Virus record (IMG/VR): IMGVR_UViG_3300013212_000097
Coordinates: 1,888-65,887 of that record
Source: a virus
Lineage: Duplodnaviria; Caudoviricetes
Strand: one strand, 5' to 3'
Length of the DNA: 64,000 bases
Within the stretch, counting starts at the first letter, position 1. The number at the start of each line of letters is the position of its first letter. The notes under the pieces are model-generated. The model was not told the origin of the DNA and made no database searches. It saw only the letters and a list, made by a program, of their open reading frames with translations. This document shows, piece after piece, positions 58,546 to 64,000 of this stretch. The position numbers were made by a program, and so were the translations under genes.

Positions 58546-59022
58546 TTAGGCTAGAGACTCTATATTCTCTACGCTCACCGCTACAAAAAGTGCTTGACCT
58601 TTTTCTTCGGTCTCCTCCTTGGAGGGCTTGGTAGCATATTCTGATGCTAGCAGAGCGTCCTTGACATCATCAAGGTTTACAGGCTCACCGTTGCGATACC
58701 ATTGTGCCTTGGATGGATTTCCAGTCACGCACACTGGCAGGTAGAGGTTGCCATTCTTAACATTACGCCAAAAGCGCATACCTTCAATCTCAATGGATTC
58801 CGCCCAAACTGGCATCATTGGCGTATCACGCTCTCCGGCTACTACAGCATCCTTCACAGGCTTGCGGTTGGAATATTCTGCCAGCATACCTTGGAATACC
58901 GATACTTTGGTGATGTTATCTGCAACGCCCTTGCGAACCTTGCCGGGACGGTTTACCTTCACAGAGTAGAATGAACCGCCTTGCTTTGCGGTCAGGATTC
59001 GTGCGATTTCAGTTACGTTCAT
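58546..59022 (-). CDS. Hypothetical protein, visibly higher GC
   Basis: 158 aa; GAGGGG RBS; TTGACT...TACTAC promoter. Confidence 0.75.
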   Translation of the reverse strand: MNVTEIARILTAKQGGSFYSVKVNRPGKVRKGVADNITKVSVFQGMLAEYSNRKPVKDAVVAGERDTPMMPVWAESIEIEGMRFWRNVKNGNLYLPVCVTGNPSKAQWYRNGEPVNLDDVKDALLASEYATKPSKEETEEKGQALFVAVSVENIESLA

Positions 59023-59103
59023 TGTATTATCCCCTCTAACAATAGTAGTATACGGCAGGTTTTACCCAAAGTCAAATATATTAAGGTAATAAACTAGAGT
59101 TGA

Positions 59104-59439
59104 TTATTTGTTGCAACCTTTCACAAGGGTTTTGAATTCGTAGATGTATGTGGTTTCAATCTCATATGCACCAGACTCCTCAATGGCTTTCTTGAGAGCC
59201 TGTGCCGATACCTCAGTCATCATCTCTTTTTGCACCATGGAATTTACGGCTTTGATTACATGGGTTGCAAGAAACTGAAACCTTATCATTGTGGGGATTG
59301 TCACTTTTGTATGAATGAGATGAGGAACCTTGAAAGGCTCTACAAGGAACTCTTCCAGATTGTCGATATCTGGACAGAACTCCATATCTACCGACTTTGT
59401 CGCATCAAACAAACTAACCGTCTTAAGTGTTTCTACCAT
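59104..59439 (-). CDS. Hypothetical protein
   Basis: 111 aa; GGGAG RBS. Confidence 0.65.
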   Translation of the reverse strand: MVETLKTVSLFDATKSVDMEFCPDIDNLEEFLVEPFKVPHLIHTKVTIPTMIRFQFLATHVIKAVNSMVQKEMMTEVSAQALKKAIEESGAYEIETTYIYEFKTLVKGCNK

Positions 59440-59578
59440 GTCTCTATCTCCCTTACGCTATTATTATATCGTAATTACACTATATAGCAAAAAAAAGTGT
59501 AAAAACATTATAACTATATCTTAAGTATTTAGTATCATGCTTATTTTAGTTTGTCAAGCACTACCACATAAAAAAATA

Positions 59579-59715
59579 TTTGTCAAGAAAAAAAATAAAT
59601 TTGACAGATATATTTATCGGCGGTAAATACGGTTAAAACCGCCGCATTTTATTTTTGTCAAATTAAAAAATTAAATAAAAAAACCCTTGACAGGAGCCAA
59701 GGGATGTGATAGATG
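59579..59715 (+). repeat. Composite palindromic element, copy 4
   Basis: AATTTGACA...CGGCGGT/ACCGCCG...TGTCAAATT; CCCTTG/CAAGGG. Confidence 0.9.
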
Positions 59716-59723
59716 GGAGGTGG

Positions 59724-60092
59724 TTACTCTGCTGGTGGCAGGGTAACTTTGAGAATGGTTTGCAGAGCGTACAGGGTATCTCTGGTAGCACGGATGGTAT
59801 TCTCAGATTGTGACAGTTTAGACTTTGCTATGATAATCTTGGTTTCTGCAACCTGTACAGACTTTACATCTTCCACCAGCAATGTGGCAAGGTGTGCTTT
59901 GCGGGTTGCTTCGTTTGAACCTTGCACAAGACCATCTGCGTAAAGGGTTGCGGTCTTGGATTCAAGCATATTTTCTGCGTCAAGCTTCTCAAGTGTGAGA
60001 GTTGTAACCAAAGCTTGATTCTTGTTTACAACCAAGGTCTGCTTGGCGATGTTGTCGATTGAGGTGGTGAGTTGGTCAATAAGTGTTTGCAT
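59724..60092 (-). CDS. Coiled-coil hypothetical protein
   Basis: G.NE..RKA motif; GGAG RBS. Confidence 0.7.
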   Translation of the reverse strand: MQTLIDQLTTSIDNIAKQTLVVNKNQALVTTLTLEKLDAENMLESKTATLYADGLVQGSNEATRKAHLATLLVEDVKSVQVAETKIIIAKSKLSQSENTIRATRDTLYALQTILKVTLPPAE

Positions 60093-60239
60093 AGTGTCTT
60101 CTCCGTCTGTGATGTCTTATTATAAGCCAAGTTTCTACCATATGCCAATGAATTGGATAAAGATTTAAATAATTGTTTATTACCTTAAATGCTGGCAAGC
60201 TCGTGTAAATTTGATATACTTAAGGCGTAAGGGAGAACG

Positions 60240-60452
60240 GTGATGACAAGAACAAAGATGACGTTTGAAGACAAGACATATGCGCGTGAGATGTTTCTCC
60301 AAGAGTATATGATTCGAACAGAAGTGTATCTGGAATTTGACTTTCACAATGAACAGTCTAGAATCACGCTTATCAAACAAGCACACCAAGAATTGAAAGA
60401 AAAGCTTAAGAAGGTTGATGAAGAGTACAAGGCTATCAACGCAGGTAAGTAA
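60240..60452 (+). CDS. Hypothetical protein
   Basis: GGGAG RBS; TATACT upstream. Confidence 0.6.
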   Translation: MMTRTKMTFEDKTYAREMFLQEYMIRTEVYLEFDFHNEQSRITLIKQAHQELKEKLKKVDEEYKAINAGK

Positions 60453-60509
60453 TCGCTGGCTATGTCCCCTGAAACATGGGGACATTCTTCCAATATAATA
60501 GGTGATATA

Positions 60510-60725
60510 ATGTCAAAGTATACTAAAGTTTTCTTCTCTGTTGCTGTTGTATGTCAAATAATCTTGTTGGCTGTGCTTAATGACTCTAAAGTTACAAATA
60601 ACACTTATAATATTGAATTTTCTACTTTATTTACGATTATAACGTGTTCTGTAGCATCAATGTTGTATATTTTTGTTGGTTTTGCATCTTATAACCAAGA
60701 TAAACAATTTGCTAATATAAAGTAA
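60510..60725 (+). CDS. Small membrane protein
   Basis: Two hydrophobic helices; probable start MSKY. Confidence 0.55.
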   Translation: MSKYTKVFFSVAVVCQIILLAVLNDSKVTNNTYNIEFSTLFTIITCSVASMLYIFVGFASYNQDKQFANIK

Positions 60726-60742
60726 ACAGTTGCCCTATCATG

Positions 60743-60852
60743 AGCCTTGACAAAAGTCAAGGCTTTTTGGCTTTAAAAAATAAATTTGACAAAAATATTT
60801 TTCGGGGGTTTTCTGGCTAGTACCCCCGAGAATTGGTTTTAGCAAAAAAAAG
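60743..60852 (-). repeat. Composite palindromic element, copy 5 (inverted)
   Basis: GCCTTGAC/GTCAAGGC; TCGGGGGT/ACCCCCGA at 60802-60829. Confidence 0.85.
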
Positions 60853-60983
60853 AATCGCCAGAATTTTTATCCTGACGATTTTTGTGTTTTAGTTTGCGAT
60901 TGTATTTTGATTTATCTTTAAAAGTTGTGGGTCTCATCTGGCTGGCTCTCATCATTTCTGTACCAGATGCAATGTTTAAGTCT

Positions 60984-61289
60984 TCAACATACTTTTTGCG
61001 TTTCATTCAGCACCTCTAAGTAATTTCCGTTAGTTGCATGACGATTGAAAATATCAACAAATGTTTTATATTGACATTCTTGTATTGAATATTTCAGATT
61101 AAATATATCATGATATGGTGTATCTATCAGTCTTTTGGCGATATATTTAATTAGTAAATTGTTTGCTGTTTTATCTAAGTGAATTCCTGTTACATCTTCA
61201 ATGAGCATATCAAAAGTATTTATATCAAACTGGTCAACGCCTAAACCGTCATTGCTTACCCAGAAAACCATTACGCAAGACATAATCAT
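60984..61289 (-). CDS. Hypothetical protein
   Basis: 101 aa, overlaps upstream ORF. Confidence 0.55.
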   Translation of the reverse strand: MIMSCVMVFWVSNDGLGVDQFDINTFDMLIEDVTGIHLDKTANNLLIKYIAKRLIDTPYHDIFNLKYSIQECQYKTFVDIFNRHATNGNYLEVLNETQKVC

Positions 61290-61506
61290 TTTCCACCTTG
61301 TTTAATTTTCGATTCTTGTAATATTTAAATCCAACATAATCAAGAAAAATCACTGCTACAATTGCTGATGTGATAAAAGGCATCTCTAAACTGAAATGAA
61401 ATGCTCCGTTGAAATCAAAAGTTGAATTGATATACAGCAAATACAATGCAAATGCACGAGTAAAATAAGATAAGATGTTAATTAGTTTGAGAATTTTTGT
61501 TGTCAT
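61249..61506 (-). CDS. Small membrane protein
   Basis: Two hydrophobic helices. Confidence 0.55.
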   Translation of the reverse strand: MTTKILKLINILSYFTRAFALYLLYINSTFDFNGAFHFSLEMPFITSAIVAVIFLDYVGFKYYKNRKLNKVENDYVLRNGFLGKQ

Positions 61507-61723
61507 TTATATCTACCTGAAATCCATAACACCATTTATTGTTATCTAAACGAAATACTACACGATTTTCTCTTACAGTGTTCAAATCTACTTCATTGAC
61601 ATTATTTCCATATTTTTCTTCTGGAGCATCTGTTATTTCAATTCCTGTAATTTTAGCATCAATTGGTGGAGCAGTTCCCCAAGAGCCACGCCATGTGACG
61701 TTGTCGCCTATTTTTATTTTCAT
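61478..61723 (-). CDS. Small beta-rich hypothetical phage protein
   Basis: IKIGD.V.WRG.WG...KYG...LDN.KW.YG.QV. Confidence 0.65.
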   Translation of the reverse strand: MKIKIGDNVTWRGSWGTAPPIDAKITGIEITDAPEEKYGNNVNEVDLNTVRENRVVFRLDNNKWCYGFQVDINDNKNSQTN

Positions 61724-62060
61724 GACGTATTGTATCGGAATATATCAAAAAAGCAAGTGTAAAACAGATAATGTATAGAGGGATATCAGATAGAAAAAAA
61801 CCTTGACTAAATGTCAAGGTCTTCAAATCAATCAAAAATGTAACCGGAGAGACCAAATCTTTTCACAGATTGTTTCAAACCAGCTATTGTTGTTGTGCTA
61901 GTGTAAAGCACATTGTTCACGTAGAGATTAAACATCCCAAATTCTATCTTGACTATTCCTACCATGACATTATTTTATCATGCTCTAAGTGCTGAATCAA
62001 ACAAACATTTTACTTGCATATGAGGATTTACCTGATATACTATAACCAAGGAGAAAAGTT

Positions 62061-62669
62061 ATGTCTGATAAAATCACTGTTCAGTCTGTGCAGAGCATGG
62101 ACAATCTTTCAAGCGTATTGCAAGATATCTGCAAGGAGTTTCAGGTTCGATTCCCCGGTCTCACCACTGTAGATAAGTTTATGATTGCAAAGAAACGTGG
62201 AGAGTCTCGAAATTCGCATCGCGTTATGAATCTCTCGAAAAGTGGCTCTCTCGCATTTGTTTATAATGAGAAGTTGGTTTTGGTGGTTGACCGACTGTAT
62301 TTGCAACCAACCAAAAAAGATGACCCAAATTCCTCGAAATTGACACCTGGTGATTCTCCAAAAAAGCAAGCTTGGGTGTGGGATGTCTTGCGCTCTTATC
62401 AACAGGATGTTTCAATCCTTTCATTCATGTCTGGTGATATAAATGAATTGGGTGAATTGTTCCAATACAAAGTGTCTGATTTTGATACATTCTATTATCA
62501 AAGCAATTCCATTTATCTTCAAAAGGAATTCAACTATAAGGAAATCACAGACATTGTGCGAACTGTTCTGTTGCGTGTATTGCTGGTGGAAGCATTGCTC
62601 GCGGGAGACACCCAAAAAATCAATGGTAATTTCACCACAGGAGACCTTATTGACTTGTTCAATGAGTAA
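62061..62669 (+). CDS. Hypothetical protein
   Basis: 202 aa; AAGGAG RBS; promoter upstream; terminator near 62688. Confidence 0.75.
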   Translation: MSDKITVQSVQSMDNLSSVLQDICKEFQVRFPGLTTVDKFMIAKKRGESRNSHRVMNLSKSGSLAFVYNEKLVLVVDRLYLQPTKKDDPNSSKLTPGDSPKKQAWVWDVLRSYQQDVSILSFMSGDINELGELFQYKVSDFDTFYYQSNSIYLQKEFNYKEITDIVRTVLLRVLLVEALLAGDTQKINGNFTTGDLIDLFNE

Positions 62670-62737
62670 ACCTGTGATATAATGCGCAGCTCCTGAGGAT
62701 TAGTTTCTTCAGGAGTTTTTTTTGCTTGTTTTATTGG

Positions 62738-62761
62738 TCAGGGGTATATATATACCCCTGA
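62738..62761. repeat. Perfect 24-bp palindrome
   Basis: TCAGGGGTATATATATACCCCTGA. Confidence 0.9.
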
Positions 62762-62838
62762 GTTGCCTATTGAGCAAATAAATTATTCTTGCAATTACAA
62801 GTGATATAGTGTAAGATGTAACTTAGAGGATTGAAATA

Positions 62839-63315
62839 ATGAATCAGAACCCATTTAGGGGACGACCACGCACTTCGGAGATACATGATGGTGTGATGAT
62901 GGTATATAAAAATATTGCAAATGGCAATATAGAGAGTTATTCAGCAATTGTATCATTTATGAAGTTGTCTGACCAGTATGGAAAGATTTCAAACTTATAT
63001 AAGATTAGGAATCAAATCTCTTCGCACTTAAAAGACATTGCAAAAGATGTTTTAAAGTTAGACCATGTTACGATTGAATATATCTTCTCTAAGGAAATGA
63101 ATGGTGAAAGGATTTCTGTCACTTGTGCAAAAATCTGTTTACAAGATGATTACTATAACAAAGTTATTTCGAAAAATGTCACCTACTATGAGTATATCCA
63201 AAAATTAGTATCTCTGAACGAAAAACCCTCGGAAATCGCCAAGCAAATGATTTCACTAGGAATCAAAGATAAAAAATGCACAGAATTGTTTTTGGAATAT
63301 GTGGCACATGATTAG
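62839..63315 (+). CDS. Hypothetical protein with RGRP (AT-hook-like) motif
   Basis: FRGRPR; GAGG RBS. Confidence 0.65.
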   Translation: MNQNPFRGRPRTSEIHDGVMMVYKNIANGNIESYSAIVSFMKLSDQYGKISNLYKIRNQISSHLKDIAKDVLKLDHVTIEYIFSKEMNGERISVTCAKICLQDDYYNKVISKNVTYYEYIQKLVSLNEKPSEIAKQMISLGIKDKKCTELFLEYVAHD

Positions 63316-63335
63316 GGTAATGATATAATAATAAC

Positions 63336-63557
63336 ATGAAACTTGAACAGGTCTTACCAATGCTCCGTGATGGCAAAACTATCACAAGAAGCAAAAAATG
63401 GAATCCTAATTCTACCACTGTTATCTTAGTTAAGATTGAAGAATCAAAACTTAGATTTAAATGTGTTTGGTCTAGTGGTGAAGAAATGAATTTTTGGGCT
63501 TGTTATAAGTTTACAGCAGAAGATATATTGTCAGAAAATTGGGAGATAGCAGGATGA
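63336..63557 (+). CDS. DUF2829/Tad2-like protein
   Basis: LEQVLPMLRDGKTITR..KW...EDILSENWEI. Confidence 0.6.
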   Translation: MKLEQVLPMLRDGKTITRSKKWNPNSTTVILVKIEESKLRFKCVWSSGEEMNFWACYKFTAEDILSENWEIAG

Positions 63558-63967
63558 CAGAAGAGATTATTCAAAGAATGATGCAAAAACAATACGTAAG
63601 TTCTCTTACCGAAAGAAAAAAAAAATTATTAAATTTAATTTCTCTTACCGAAAGAAGAAAAATATTATTAAATTTAATTGAACAAGAGTGCAATGAAGAA
63701 AAAAAGAAAATTTACAATCATATGCTTCTACAAATCCAACTTGATATAAAATGGGAATCTAGAGTGTCCAGTTTCCTTGAAAAAGAATGGAATGAAAATG
63801 GTTCTCTTGCAACAGAATCAATAATTGTAGAATTAGATAATTTAAAAAGATTTGAAAAAGAAGAACGTGATAGCCACTGGATTGAATGTTTATGTTTGCT
63901 ATTTCCGCCATTAATATTTTTTTTTATACCTTATTGGATTTGGCAAGGGTATCAAAAGGAGAGATAA
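63554..63967 (+). CDS. Hypothetical protein with C-terminal membrane segment
   Basis: Start MTEEIIQRMM; the next gene at 63969 begins identically. Confidence 0.6.
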   Translation: MTEEIIQRMMQKQYVSSLTERKKKLLNLISLTERRKILLNLIEQECNEEKKKIYNHMLLQIQLDIKWESRVSSFLEKEWNENGSLATESIIVELDNLKRFEKEERDSHWIECLCLLFPPLIFFFIPYWIWQGYQKER

Positions 63968-64000
63968 GATGACAGAAGAGATTATTCAAAGAATGATGCA

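Noticed and set aside
1-64000. Genome-wide stop codon reassignment
   Set aside because: Long ORFs are intact in code 11; TAG and TGA end many genes, often with tight overlaps; only two isolated in-frame stops were seen.

Overview
AT-rich, gene-dense segment of a large (jumbo-type) tailed phage genome, read with the standard code. It has no rRNA, housekeeping operon, CRISPR array or IS. The host is tentatively Armatimonadota, based on a DUF1559/H-X9-DG prepilin-like gene. Layout: split Rad50/SbcC plus Mre11/SbcD (1-2.7 kb); putative virion/tail and nuclease genes (5-13 kb); 2OG oxygenase, glycosyltransferases and a methyltransferase (13-21 kb); Tad2/DUF2829-like small genes (22-25 kb); six tRNA genes, one a tRNA-Asn(GTT) split by a 209-nt group I intron, beside an HNH nuclease (31.7-35.3 kb). 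From 35-54 kb, mostly unrelated enzyme-like proteins share an N-terminal MWY[K/R] tag or a KIANELD...EA...KIA helical tag, mostly downstream of a non-sigma70 motif (AGG-N18-AGAA). From 54.7-62.8 kb, small genes are punctuated by repeated palindromic elements. Best candidates for undescribed systems: (1) a peptide-tag plus late-promoter system that may load swappable effectors into the virion; (2) a ~130-bp covarying hairpin element that delimits small-gene cassettes. Family assignments come from motif recognition only; no searches were run.
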